Of a stretch of 64,000 nucleotides of DNA, positions 1 through 10,205 are shown piece after piece. The notes beneath the pieces are model-generated. The model did no database searches, was not told the origin of the DNA, and saw nothing but the letters and a program-made list of their open reading frames with translations. A program made the translations under genes and the position numbers. The stretch is from Vicinamibacteria bacterium (GTDB lineage: Bacteria > Acidobacteriota > Vicinamibacteria > Marinacidobacterales > Marinacidobacteraceae): contig CAXXLQ010000004.1 in assembly GCA_963668695.2 (NCBI GenBank), positions 32,001 to 96,000 on the forward strand, given 5' to 3'. Each line of letters opens with the position of its first letter. Position 1 is the first letter of the stretch.

Positions 1-391
1 GGTAGCCGTAGTCCTGGTAGATGAGGTCGATCGGGCGCCCCTCGATGCCGCCCTGACTGTTGATCCAGTCGGCGAAGCCGCGCACGCCGTCGCCGTAGTC
101 GGTCCCGACGTCGGCCGTGGGTCCGGTAAGGTCGAAGATCGCGCCGACCTTGATGCTGTTGTCGTCCGACTCCGCGCCGCCGCCACCGCAGCCGACGCAC
201 AGGGACATGGTGGCGCCGAGCGCGACCGCCCCGTCCATCCGCGCCCGCACGCGACGGCCGATGCTCCGAGCCGCAATCGCGGTGCCCATCCTCGCCCGCT
301 GACGCCTAGAGGTCACGCGAAGGGCCGCCGCCACCAGGCGATTCCGCATGCCTGTCGTGTCACTCATCTCTTTTTTTGATCCTTCACTCAT
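1..391 (-). CDS. Liv-type (branched-chain amino acid family) ABC substrate-binding lipoprotein, N-terminal part; runs off the left edge of the window
   Basis: Manual minus-strand translation gives lipobox-like PCVGC, then IKVGAIFDLTGPTADVG...GGIEGRPIDLIYQDYGY, typical of Peripla_BP_6. In-frame ATGs at 391 and 367. Lies downstream of livM. Confidence 0.85.
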   Translation of the reverse strand, partial: MSEGSKKEMSDTTGMRNRLVAAALRVTSRRQRARMGTAIAARSIGRRVRARMDGAVALGATMSLCVGCGGGGAESDDNSIKVGAIFDLTGPTADVGTDYGDGVRGFADWINSQGGIEGRPIDLIYQDYGY

Positions 392-418
392 CTTGCTCGT
401 CTTCACTCATCGCGCTCT

Positions 419-1492
419 TCAGCCGGCCCGGCTCTCGCCGCGCCGGTACGCAAACGGCCACATATGAAAGTAGTCTTTTGCGTTCTCCCATAGTTTGGAC
501 AGTCCCCGGGGCTCGAAGATCAGGAAGAGGATAATCACGACCCCGAACACGGCCTGCTGCGCATAGGGGAGGAGGGACGCCGCCTGGGGCGCGATATCCT
601 GGATGGTCCGGCCCAGGTTGGCGATCATCGCCGGGAGCAGCGTGATCAGCGCCGCCCCCAGGAACGATCCTCGGATCGAGCCCAAGCCTCCCACGATGAT
701 CATCGCCAGAAAGACAATGCTGGTGCTTAGCGTGAAGCGCTCCCAGGTGATGATGTTGCGGTAGAAGGCGATCATCGCCCCGGCGAGCCCCACGAAGAAC
801 GATGAAGTCGCGAAGGCCAGCAGCTTGGTGCGGAAGACGTCCACCCCGATGACGCTCGCCGCGGTGTCCTGGTCGCGCACGGCCTCGAAGGCGCGTCCGA
901 TGCGGCTGCGGAAGAGGTTGGCCGCGAAGAGCGCGGTTCCGGCTGCCGTGAGCACCGCGAGCCAGTAGAAGTTGAAGTTGCTGTTCAGGCCCAGGCCGAA
1001 AAGACGTGGCGCGGGCAGAACGATCGCCTCGGTACCGCCCGTCACCGCGGTCCAGTGGGTCATGCCCCACTCCACGATCTCCTGGGCGGCAAGCGTGGCG
1101 ATGGCCAGGTAGAGCCCTTTGAGCCGGAGCGACGGGAGCCCGAAGAAGGTGCCCGCGGCGGCGGTGACAATGCAGGCGCAGAACACGCTCGCGCCCCAGG
1201 GGACGCCGAAGTTCAGGGTCAGGAGTCCCGCGGTGTATGCCCCGATCGCCATGAAGGCGCCCTGCCCGAGGGAGATCTGCCCGGTGTAGCCCACGAGGAT
1301 GTTCAAGCCGATTGCCCCCACCGTGGCAATGGCCACCTGGTTCGCCAGATCTAACCAGTAGGGACTGGCCACGAACGGAAACACGAGTACGAAGAGGGCG
1401 AAGACCCCCAGCCGGATGCGCTGGGCGGGCCGCGGGCGGAGACCCATGTCCGACTCGTAGCGCGTGTGGAAGACGCCGCACTCCATGCTCAT
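419..1492 (-). CDS. livM: branched-chain amino acid ABC transporter permease (LivM type)
   Basis: GLNILVGYTGQISLGQGAF, LRLKGLYLAIATLA and MIIVGGLGSIRG motifs. Confidence 0.9.
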   Translation of the reverse strand: MSMECGVFHTRYESDMGLRPRPAQRIRLGVFALFVLVFPFVASPYWLDLANQVAIATVGAIGLNILVGYTGQISLGQGAFMAIGAYTAGLLTLNFGVPWGASVFCACIVTAAAGTFFGLPSLRLKGLYLAIATLAAQEIVEWGMTHWTAVTGGTEAIVLPAPRLFGLGLNSNFNFYWLAVLTAAGTALFAANLFRSRIGRAFEAVRDQDTAASVIGVDVFRTKLLAFATSSFFVGLAGAMIAFYRNIITWERFTLSTSIVFLAMIIVGGLGSIRGSFLGAALITLLPAMIANLGRTIQDIAPQAASLLPYAQQAVFGVVIILFLIFEPRGLSKLWENAKDYFHMWPFAYRRGESRAG

Positions 1493-1589
1493 CGGGATGT
1501 CCTCGCGCCCCTCGGGCGCTCCCCGGCTGCGACCGCGATGCGCCTACATCGGGTGAGCGCCGCCCGTCGGTCGGTCCGCTGCGCCGTCC

Positions 1590-2462
1590 TCATACCCGTT
1601 CGATGATCTCCTTTCCGAAGAGGCCGTAGGGCCGGATCATGAGCACCAGGATCAAGACCAGGTACGGGACCACCAGGTTGAGTCCGTGCCCCACGTAGAA
1701 GCCGATGTAGACCTCGAGCAGCCCGATGATGGCGCCCCCGACCAACGCCCCCGCAATCGAGTCCAGCCCTCCGAGGATCACCACGGGAAAGACCCGCAGA
1801 CCGATGGATGCCACGTTGGGGCTCACTCCCACGATGTTGCCGAGCATGATCCCGCCGATCGCGGCGGAGGCGGCCGCCAGCCCCCAGGCAACTCCGAAGA
1901 CGCGTGGGATGCTGATCCCCATGCTGAGCGCCGCCTGCTGGTCGTCGGCGATGGCGCGCATGGCGATGCCGTCCCGGGTGTAGCGGAAGAAGAGCCCCAG
2001 CCCCGCCAGCACCGCGAGGGCGATGGGAATGGAGAGCACTCGCCCGGTCGAGAGCGTCGCGGGCCCGAGCACGATGTCGCCAGCGGGCAGAAACGAGTCG
2101 AACGCGCGCGGATTCGGGCCCCAGATGGCGTTGATGGCCCCCCTGAGGACGGACGAGAGCCCGATCGTCACCATGATCATGGAGATGATGGGCTCGCCCA
2201 CCAGGGGACGCAGCACCAACCGCTCGACGGCGAGCGCCACGGCGACCGCGAGGAGCAGCGTCACCAGCACCCCGAGGCTCCAGGGCAGGCCGGACTGGGT
2301 CACCGCGAAGAAGATCAGGTAGGTCCCCAGCAGGAGCAGGTCTCCCTGGGCGAAGTTGATGACATCGCTCGCCTTGTAGATGACCACGAAGCCGGCCGCC
2401 GCCAGCGCGTAGATCATCCCGGTGCTGAGTCCGGATACCGTCAGCTGGAGAAATATGTCCAT
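1590..2462 (-). CDS. livH: branched-chain amino acid ABC transporter permease (LivH type)
   Basis: GMIYALAAAGFVVIYKASDVINFAQG and VVILGGLDSI. Start set at the MDIFLQ ATG because the longer ORF begins inside a repeat. Confidence 0.9.
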   Translation of the reverse strand: MDIFLQLTVSGLSTGMIYALAAAGFVVIYKASDVINFAQGDLLLLGTYLIFFAVTQSGLPWSLGVLVTLLLAVAVALAVERLVLRPLVGEPIISMIMVTIGLSSVLRGAINAIWGPNPRAFDSFLPAGDIVLGPATLSTGRVLSIPIALAVLAGLGLFFRYTRDGIAMRAIADDQQAALSMGISIPRVFGVAWGLAAASAAIGGIMLGNIVGVSPNVASIGLRVFPVVILGGLDSIAGALVGGAIIGLLEVYIGFYVGHGLNLVVPYLVLILVLMIRPYGLFGKEIIERV

Positions 2463-2522
2463 GCTCAGCGGCCTCGAGCTCGCCCAAACGGTTCGCCGTA
2501 TGCGATGCGGCGGTTCGTCATC

Positions 2523-2724
2523 AACAGCCTTTGGAGAAAGTGGCGTGAGCACCGAGAACGGCGAGGCGCCTGGCTGACAAGGCGCGTGAGGGAGGAATAC
2601 CGAGTGTATTCCGACCGAAACGCAACGATGAGGGCCGCGCAGCGCCAGTTCTCCCGGTGGGGGGCCGTTTCAGCCGGGATGCATCGCCGTTCGAATGCCG
2701 CGTGACTTTCTCCACAGGCTGTTA
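2523..2724. mobile_element. MITE-like repeat element, copy A
   Basis: Ends AACAGCCTTTGGAGAAAG...CTTTCTCCACAGGCTGTTA form an inverted repeat. Core GGCTGACAAGGCGCGTGAGGGAGGAATAC...GACCGAAACGCAACG is shared with the other copies. Confidence 0.75.
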
Positions 2725-4644
2725 ACCCGTTCCGTCCATCGTCTGGATGCGAAGCTCGTGCTTCACCGCCGCTGTGCGGCCGTCCTGATAGGTGATCTCG
2801 GTCGCCACCGCAACCGAATCGCCGTCTCCCTGCAGGGCGCCGATAATGTCCGCGAAGCGGCCGGCGATGTGGCGGCGCCTCACCTTGCGAGTGCGGGTCA
2901 GCTCCGCATCATCCGCGTGAAGCTCCTTGTGCAACAGCAGGTAGCGGTGGATGCGCGCCGCGGGTGGGAGCTCCTCGTTCACCTTGGCCACCTGCTCGCG
3001 CACCAGGTCGTACACCTCGGTACGGCGGGCCAGGTCGGTGAAGGTCGTGTAAGGAATGCGGCGGCGCTCCGCCCATTGTCCGGCATTCTCCATGTCGATG
3101 GCGATCATCGCGGTTACGAACGGGGCCCCTGATCCTCCGAAGACCACCGCCTCGCCGACGTAAGGGCTGAACTTGAGTTTGTTCTCGACGAACTGCGGGG
3201 AGAAGTTGCTCCCGTCCGCGAGCCTCATCACGTCGGCCAGGCGATCGATTACGACCAGGTGGCCGTTATCGTCGAAGTAGCCCGCGTCGCCCGAGTGCAG
3301 CCAGCCGTCCTCGAGCGTCTCCGCCGTCGCCGTGGGGTTGCGGAAGTAGCCCTGAAACACAGCGGGGCTCCTGCAGAGGATCTCTCCCTGCTCCGAAATG
3401 CGGATCTCGGTGCGGGGCAGCGGCACGCCCACCGTCTGGAAACGGACGTCGTCGTCCCGGTGAACCGCGGAGATCCCGGACACCTCGGTCTGGCCGTAGA
3501 GCTGCTTCAGGTTCACCCCGATGGCGTGGTAGAAGCGAAAGACATCGGGGCCGAGCGCGGCGCCTCCGGTGTAGGCGCGCCGCACCCTGGCGAGTCCCAA
3601 CTGGTCGCGGACGGGACGGAACACCATCCAGTCGGCCAGTCGGTGGCCAACTCTCCGGGCGAAGCCGACTCTCCAGCCCTGGACGCGGGCTTCGGCACTG
3701 GCGACGCCCTGCTTCATCGACCAACGGTAGATCCAGCGCTTGAGGCGGGTGGTGTCTTCGGCCATGACCTGCACGTCCGAGACCATGTTCTCCCAGATCC
3801 GGGGCGGTGACATCAGGAAAGCCGGCCCGATCTCGCGTGTGTCCTTGCGCGCGGTCGCCGTCTCCTCCGGGAAGTTCACCGTGAATCCCGCCAGCAACCC
3901 GCTCGCCACCGCCACCATCTGCTCGCCGATCCACGCGAGCGGAAGGAACGACACAAATTCGTCGTCCGCGTGCATCGCATCCACGCTCTCGAGCTGCGAC
4001 GCCATGGCGAGCAGGTTCTCGTGCGAGAGCATGGCCAGCTTCGGGACGCTGGTCGTGCCGGAGGTCGTACAGAGCAGCGCGATGTCGCCGGGCTGGACCG
4101 CTGCCAGCCTGCGGTCGAACTCCTCGGGCGATCGGCCATGAAGTCGGTCGCCCAGCGCTTCGACCTCCTCGAAGGAGATCAAACCTGGCGCCTGGTAGCC
4201 GAACATGCCGCGCGGCTCGTAGTAGACGATGTACTCGAGCCCGGGCAGCCGTTCCCGCACTTCCAGCACCTTGTCGACCTGCTCCTGATCCTCGGCCACG
4301 ATGACACGCGCCTCGGCGATCTCCAGCATGCGGGCAAGTTCGTCGGCGATGGCATCCTGATAGAGCCCCAGGGGGAGAATGCCGGCGGTCTGGGAGGCCA
4401 GCTCCGCGATCACCCACTCCGGTCGGTTGTCCCCGATGATCGCGACCCGGTCGCCTTCTTCCACACCCAACTCCGTCAGCCCGAGTGAGAAACTCCGCAC
4501 CCGCGCCAGGTACTCCGCCCAGGTGATCTCCTGCCAGATCCCGAACTCCTTCTCACGCAGCGCAACGTCGCCAGGACGGCTCGCGGCGTGATTCGCGAGG
4601 AGGGCGGGCAGGGTCCCGATCACGGTGAGTCCTCGTCGCGGCAT
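2722..4644 (-). CDS. long-chain acyl-CoA synthetase (AMP-binding, FadD-like)
   Basis: TTSGTTSVPK, YGQTE and GWLHSGDAG adenylation motifs. Start uncertain (4623 GTG, 4644 or 4704 ATG). Confidence 0.9.
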   Translation of the reverse strand: MPRRGLTVIGTLPALLANHAASRPGDVALREKEFGIWQEITWAEYLARVRSFSLGLTELGVEEGDRVAIIGDNRPEWVIAELASQTAGILPLGLYQDAIADELARMLEIAEARVIVAEDQEQVDKVLEVRERLPGLEYIVYYEPRGMFGYQAPGLISFEEVEALGDRLHGRSPEEFDRRLAAVQPGDIALLCTTSGTTSVPKLAMLSHENLLAMASQLESVDAMHADDEFVSFLPLAWIGEQMVAVASGLLAGFTVNFPEETATARKDTREIGPAFLMSPPRIWENMVSDVQVMAEDTTRLKRWIYRWSMKQGVASAEARVQGWRVGFARRVGHRLADWMVFRPVRDQLGLARVRRAYTGGAALGPDVFRFYHAIGVNLKQLYGQTEVSGISAVHRDDDVRFQTVGVPLPRTEIRISEQGEILCRSPAVFQGYFRNPTATAETLEDGWLHSGDAGYFDDNGHLVVIDRLADVMRLADGSNFSPQFVENKLKFSPYVGEAVVFGGSGAPFVTAMIAIDMENAGQWAERRRIPYTTFTDLARRTEVYDLVREQVAKVNEELPPAARIHRYLLLHKELHADDAELTRTRKVRRRHIAGRFADIIGALQGDGDSVAVATEITYQDGRTAAVKHELRIQTMDGTG

Positions 4645-4690
4645 GAAAGCGCCCGGCTCTCGCCGCTCGCGACCTCGCGCGAGATTCGGC

Positions 4691-5551
4691 TCACGACCGT
4701 ACATCCGTCTGTCTCCCGGCGCCCCCTGCGCCCGCCAGTTCCCGGGTGTCGGCCGCTCTCCTGCCCAGGTAGGCATCGATGACCGCAGGGTCGTCCCGGA
4801 CCTCATTCGGACTCCCCTGCGCAATCCGGCGCCCGAAATCCAGCACCACGACCCGGTCCGCGATATCCATGATCACGTCTATGTCGTGGTCGATGACCAC
4901 CACGGTAACGCCCTGCTCCTCGTGAATGTCGAGGATGAACCGCGCCATCGACTCTTTCTCCTCGGCGTTCATCCCGGCCGTTGGCTCGTCCAGGAGGAGG
5001 ATGTGCGGATCGAGCGCCAGAGCGCGCGCCATCTCCACCAGCCGCTGGTTTCCGTAGGCCAGATTCCCCACAACGGCGCTCCGCAGCGGCTCCAGGTTCA
5101 TGAAGTCGATGACCTGCTCCACGTACTTGCGGTGCTCGATCTCCCAGCCGCGCTGGCGGCCCAGGTACAGGCCGCCGCTGAGCACGCCTCCCTTCATGTG
5201 CACGTGGCGGCCCAGCATCAGGTTCTCAAGCACCGTCATGTGCTTGAAGAGCTCGATGTTCTGGAAGGTGCGCGCGACGCCCAGCTCCGCGATGCGGTGC
5301 GGCGCGAGTCGGTGGAGCGCGTGCCGCGCCCCATCGCGGCCGGTCAGGGTGATGCTTCCCTCCTGCGGGCGGTAGAGGCCGGAGACGCAGTTCAGGACGC
5401 TGGTCTTCCCCGCCCCGTTGGGCCCGATGAGGGCCAGCAGCTCGCCGTCCCGCACGTCCATCGTGAGACCCGAGAGTGAGGTCACGCCCCCGAAGCGGAG
5501 GGTGACGCCCGAGAGTTCAAGGATGGAGTGCTCTCCGGCGGCCGGTTTCAC
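4691..5551 (-). CDS. livG: ABC transporter ATP-binding protein (LivG type)
   Basis: GPNGAGKT, ARTFQN, LAYGNQRLVEMARAL, LLLDEPTAG. Start moved to GTG 5551. Confidence 0.9.
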   Translation of the reverse strand: MKPAAGEHSILELSGVTLRFGGVTSLSGLTMDVRDGELLALIGPNGAGKTSVLNCVSGLYRPQEGSITLTGRDGARHALHRLAPHRIAELGVARTFQNIELFKHMTVLENLMLGRHVHMKGGVLSGGLYLGRQRGWEIEHRKYVEQVIDFMNLEPLRSAVVGNLAYGNQRLVEMARALALDPHILLLDEPTAGMNAEEKESMARFILDIHEEQGVTVVVIDHDIDVIMDIADRVVVLDFGRRIAQGSPNEVRDDPAVIDAYLGRRAADTRELAGAGGAGRQTDVRS

Positions 5552-5577
5552 GGCTCGGTTCCTGCCCACGGGATCAT

Positions 5578-5608
5578 TAACAGCCTGTGGCAAAACTCAC
5601 GCGGCCCA
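5578..5608. repeat. solo terminal end of the MITE-like family
   Basis: TAACAGCCTGTGGCAAAACTCACGCGGCCCA matches the family terminus; no core or partner end follows. Confidence 0.6.
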
Positions 5609-5655
5609 GCGGGGTGGCGCACCCCGGCCCGCAGGGCCGCGGAATCTACGCCGGA

Positions 5656-7296
5656 CTACTCGGGAACGAACCCCGGGCCGCGCAGCGCCCGGCCGGGAAG
5701 CGCCCGGGTGTACTCGCCCTCATCGACCACCGGGGCGCCGTTCACCAGGACGTACCGCATCCCGATCGAGTAGTGGAACGGGTCTTCGAAGGTGGCCACC
5801 CCGCGGATCGTCTCCGGATCGAAGATCGCCAGGTCGGCGAAGTTGCCTTCCACCAGCGTCCCCCGCTCCTCGAGTCCCAGGATCTCCGCGGGAAGCCCGC
5901 TCAGCTTCCGAATCGCCTCCTCCCAACTCAGCAGGCCTTCTTCGCGCACGTAGGTACCGAGGAGGCGGGGAACCGTCCCCAGATGCCGGGGATGCACGAG
6001 TGGGGGAAGGTTCTCCGAGTCGAGGTCGATGGTCCCGCCATCGGTTCCACCGGCCACGTACGGTTGGGCCAGCACCTGCCGCAGAGTGTCCTCTTCGTTG
6101 TTCCAGTCGATGACGATGCCGCGGCCCTCCTGCTCCAGAACCACGTCCATGAAGGCTTCCTCAGCGGGTTGGCTCCGCATCTCCGCCACTTCTTCGACCA
6201 GCTTCCCGTTGACCTCCGGATCGTCGACGCCGAGCCGGACGCGGTGCCAGCCGATGTTCGCCAGGTAAGGCGGCTCGGTGACGAAGTCGCCGGCGATGCG
6301 CTCGCGCACCTCGGGATCGCGCAGCCGTTCGAGCATCGCTTCGACGCCGCCCTCCTGCGCCCAGGCAGGGATGTAGTCGCTGAGTCCGGTGATGCCCCAG
6401 GTATAGGTGTAGCTGTCTCCGGTGATCTTGAGGCCTCGATCCCGGGCTTCGTCGATGATGGCGAGGAAGGTGTCCGCCTCGGTGGAGGAGATCGAATTCA
6501 GGTGGAAGAAGTGGACCGGGGCGCCCGATCGTTCGCCGATGGCGATGGCCTCGCGGATCGCTTCCGGGTCGGTGCCGTTCATGGTGCGGGCGTGGTTTGC
6601 GAAGATGCCGCCAACCGCGGCTGCCTCAGAGACGATGGCGGCGAGCTCATCGGTCGACATGTAGATGTTGGGCACGTAGCTCAGGCCGGCGGAGACTCCG
6701 AACGCCCCCTCCGACATGGCGTCCCGTACCAGTCCCAGCATCTGCTCGAGTTCCTCGTCGGTGGGCGCGCGGTCCTCGTAGCCCAGGACGTAGGCCCGGA
6801 CCGTTCCGGAGGCGACGTAGGACACCACGTTGATCGCGATGCCGGTTTCCTCCAGGTAGTCGAGGAACCCGCCCAAGGTCTCCCACTTCCCCTCCAGTTC
6901 CTCAGGCAGGGTGCTCTCGATCCGGCCGCCCCGCGGACCCATCGAGAAGGTCTCCCCATAGATCTCGGTCGTGAGTCCCTGAAACGCGAACGAAGGACCC
7001 TGGCCGCCGTCGAGCAGGCGCCGGACCTCGGAGTGGCTGTGCATGTCGATGAACCCGGGGGCCACGTAGAGGCCGGCGGCATCGATCGTCCGTTCCCCCC
7101 TGCCGTCGATTTCGCCGATCGCAACGATGCGATCCCCGTCGATGGCCACATCGGCGACGACGCCCGGCGCCCCGCTCCCGTCGAAGACGGTGCCCCCCCG
7201 GATCACCAGGTCGTAGTCGGGCGCGCAACCGGGGAGGCACACCGCCAGCACGAGACCGGGCCACGGAATAAGTTGCCGCACGCGTCCCCGTGCCAT
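5656..7296 (-). CDS. N-acyl-D-amino-acid deacylase family amidohydrolase, probable lipoprotein
   Basis: DLVIRGGTVFDGSG, PGFIDMHSH, HPRHLGTVPRLLG, RGTLVEGNFADL; lipobox-like LPGC. Confidence 0.85.
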   Translation of the reverse strand: MARGRVRQLIPWPGLVLAVCLPGCAPDYDLVIRGGTVFDGSGAPGVVADVAIDGDRIVAIGEIDGRGERTIDAAGLYVAPGFIDMHSHSEVRRLLDGGQGPSFAFQGLTTEIYGETFSMGPRGGRIESTLPEELEGKWETLGGFLDYLEETGIAINVVSYVASGTVRAYVLGYEDRAPTDEELEQMLGLVRDAMSEGAFGVSAGLSYVPNIYMSTDELAAIVSEAAAVGGIFANHARTMNGTDPEAIREAIAIGERSGAPVHFFHLNSISSTEADTFLAIIDEARDRGLKITGDSYTYTWGITGLSDYIPAWAQEGGVEAMLERLRDPEVRERIAGDFVTEPPYLANIGWHRVRLGVDDPEVNGKLVEEVAEMRSQPAEEAFMDVVLEQEGRGIVIDWNNEEDTLRQVLAQPYVAGGTDGGTIDLDSENLPPLVHPRHLGTVPRLLGTYVREEGLLSWEEAIRKLSGLPAEILGLEERGTLVEGNFADLAIFDPETIRGVATFEDPFHYSIGMRYVLVNGAPVVDEGEYTRALPGRALRGPGFVPE

Positions 7297-7495
7297 TAGC
7301 GGCGCCCGCTTCCGGGAAGCGTCGCGGTCCCGGGATCCGTCAGGACCACATGGGGAAGGAGGTCGTCCATCGCCAGGTCGGCGCGGCGGACGATCCGGGG
7401 GGGCAATCCGGGGGGGCAAGGTCGGGATGATGTCGGAATCTAACACCTCATCGGTGTTGCCGGCGAAGAGCCGCCCGAGGAACGCGGTGATGCTG

Positions 7496-8731
7496 CTACC
7501 TCTCCAGAGGCGCCGGGTCCGGTGCGCCTCCACCGCTGTCAGCCCAGCGCATCGCGGCAAACGCTGCCGCCCCGAAGACGGCAAAGGCGCCGATCTGGAT
7601 ATACATGGTCCCGTCGAAGCTTTGGCCCACGAGCGCACCGAAAAACACCGCGATGAACGTGGAGAGCGAAGCAACGACTGCCGCTCCCACCCCCGCGAGG
7701 TGGCCGAGGGGCTCCATCGCGAGCGCATTGAGATTCCCGAAGAGCACGCCGCAGCACAGGAAGACGACGAGCAGGTAGGCCATGAAGAGCCAGAAGGGGG
7801 GCAGCCCTTCGAAGGCGAATAGCAGCATCCACGCCGCAACCGAGGCCAGGGTGAAGGCCACCGTCGCCGCCATCGAGAGCCGGTGCATCCCGTGCTTCAT
7901 CACGAGGCGGCCGTTCACGAGCGAGGCGCCGCCGATCGCGAGCGCAAGCACTCCGAACCAGACCGGGAAGAGCGCCCCGGTTCGATAGGCGTCCTGGAAG
8001 ATCTGCTGGGCCGAACTCAGGTAGGCGACGAACGGCGCAAATACGCACCCAGTGGCGAGGGTGTAACCGAGCGCGGCCCGGATTTTCAGGACTTGCAGAA
8101 TGCCCCTGCCGATGTCCCGCAAAGAGAAGGGTCGCCGGCGGGAGGCAGGCAGGGTTTCCGGCTGGCGCAGCGCAAACCACGCGAAGGCGATCGCGGCGAT
8201 CGCGAAGAACGTGGTGAAAATCGAGCGCCAGCCTCCGAGCCACAAGATCCCCTGGCCGAGGGCCGGGGCAACGGCGGGAATGAGGATGAAGACAGCCATC
8301 ACGAATGACATGAGACGAGCCATTTGGCGGCCTTCGTACTGATCGCGCACCAGGGCCAGGGTCACGATGCGCGGTCCCGCGGCCCCGATGCCCTGCAGGA
8401 GACGGCCCGCGATCATCGCCGTGAAGGTGGGTGCGAAGATGCTCACGAGGCATCCGGCCATAAACAGGACGAGGCCGGCATGGATGGCGGGCCTTCGTCC
8501 AATGCGGTCCGAGAGCGGGCCGAAGAGCATCTGGCCGAAGCCGAGCCCCACGAACAAGGCCGTGATGACGAACTGGGTGTCGTTCGGGCGCGGCACCCCG
8601 AGGTCGCGGCCGATCGCGGGCAGCGCCGGCAGCATCGTGTCGATCGCGAGCGCGACGAGCGACATCAGGAGGGCGATGAGGGGAACGAACTCGCCGAGAC
8701 GAAGGGCCGGCCCGGCTGCCGTCCGGCTCAT
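7496..8731 (-). CDS. MFS multidrug efflux transporter, Bcr/CflA family
   Basis: ALAIDTMLPALP and MFS motif A GPLSDRIGRRP; about 12 hydrophobic segments. Confidence 0.9.
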   Translation of the reverse strand: MSRTAAGPALRLGEFVPLIALLMSLVALAIDTMLPALPAIGRDLGVPRPNDTQFVITALFVGLGFGQMLFGPLSDRIGRRPAIHAGLVLFMAGCLVSIFAPTFTAMIAGRLLQGIGAAGPRIVTLALVRDQYEGRQMARLMSFVMAVFILIPAVAPALGQGILWLGGWRSIFTTFFAIAAIAFAWFALRQPETLPASRRRPFSLRDIGRGILQVLKIRAALGYTLATGCVFAPFVAYLSSAQQIFQDAYRTGALFPVWFGVLALAIGGASLVNGRLVMKHGMHRLSMAATVAFTLASVAAWMLLFAFEGLPPFWLFMAYLLVVFLCCGVLFGNLNALAMEPLGHLAGVGAAVVASLSTFIAVFFGALVGQSFDGTMYIQIGAFAVFGAAAFAAMRWADSGGGAPDPAPLER

Positions 8732-8869
8732 GCGCTCACCTTGCCGTCCGATACGGTCTGGTTTGCCGCCAGCCCGATCGGAACCCGCGAGCACCGGGGC
8801 CGGGACCGGTCAGGGGGTACAGGCGTCACCGGTCGCCGAACGCACCGCTCGAGGGTCCGAAATCGCCTG

Positions 8870-10205
8870 CTACTGCGGGGGTTTCGGACGCGACCGGTAC
8901 TTCTCGTAGAGCTGTAAGTGCCGGTTGTCGAGCGAGACCGGAACTCCATTCACGAAGACGTGTTCCACCTCGGTGCGGATCTCGAGCGGGTCCCCGTTGA
9001 CCACGATCAGGTTCGCGACTTTCCCCTCCTCCAGGGTTCCGAAGTCGGCCTCCAGCCCGAAGAGCTGCGCGGGAACCAGGGTGATCGCGCGGATCGCGGC
9101 GTCCGCTGGCAGCCCGTAACCGACCGCGTGCCCTGCCTCGTACGGCAGGAGCCGTGAGTTCGAGGACCCGAAGCTCGCGAAGGCCACCGTTACGCCCGCC
9201 GCGTGCAGTTCGCCCGGGGTGGTGAAGGGCCGGTCGTAGGGATCGTCCTCCTCCCCGGGCAGCCTCTGGGTCGGCCCGAGAATCACCGGGACGGCGTTCT
9301 CGGCGAGAAGCTCCTTCACTTTCCAGGCTTCGTTTCCGCCGAGCAGGATCATCTTCACCCCCTGTTCCTTGGTGAACTCGACGGCGTGGCGGATCTCCCG
9401 AGCGCCCTGCGTCAGGATCAGCAGAGGCATTTCACCCCCGACGACCGGACCGAGGGCAGCGAGCCGGATGTCACGCTCCCGCGCATCGGCTTCGCCAGCG
9501 GCGGCGTAGCGCCGCGCCGCGTCCAGCACTGCCGCCAGTTCCGCCACCGCCCGGTCGTATTCTTCCTCGGCCTCGCTGAAGGACCGCCGTCCGGCCTGGA
9601 ACGAGCCCGGGTTGAATGTCCGGGTCGAGTAGGTGGGCCAGGTCAGAACCATCCCCGCGGACGCGTCGATCCATCTCTTCCACGGTCCAGCCGTCGAGGT
9701 GGACGATGGACGCCTGGCCGCTGATGCCGGCCCCACCGCCGCCGAAGCCTCCAAGCCGGCCCGGAGCCACCACCGCGTGAGTAATGCCGTTCGCGCGCGC
9801 AACCGGCAGGTGCTCACTCGAGGGATGGACCGCGGTCGCCGCCTTCAGATGCGGGTTCATCTCGCCCAGTTCGACGGTGTCCACCGTCGCGCTGACGGAG
9901 CCGATCTCGGTGAGGCCGAGCTGGCTCACCGAGTCCATCATGCCCGGGTAGACGTCGAGCCCGGAGGCGTCCACCACCGTCGCTCCCGCCGGCGCCGAGA
10001 TCTCGTCGCCGATCTCGACGATCCGGCCGTCCCGGATCAGAATGGATCCCGACTCGATGGGCGCCGCTCCCTCGACCAGGGTGTGGATTCGCGCGTTCTT
10101 GATGAGCCAGGACTCTTCTTCCTGAGCCGTCGCCAGACCGCCCGCAAGTGCGAGCGCCAGCGGAACCGCGGCGAGCCGAAGCGCGCCTTTTCCAAGACCG
10201 GTCAT
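8870..10205 (-). pseudogene. exported amidohydrolase-family protein interrupted by a frameshift near 9671 (real lesion or assembly error)
   Basis: N-half (signal peptide, IKNARIHT, YPGMMDSVSQLGL, ARANGITH) is in the 9471..10679 ORF frame. C-half (GTLEEGKVANLIVVNGDPL) is in the 8870..9817 frame. Start overlaps the upstream stop as ATGA. Confidence 0.8.

Noticed and set aside
7297-7839. N-terminal extension of the 727-aa deacylase ORF
   Set aside because: It overlaps the MFS gene in another frame and precedes the signal peptide
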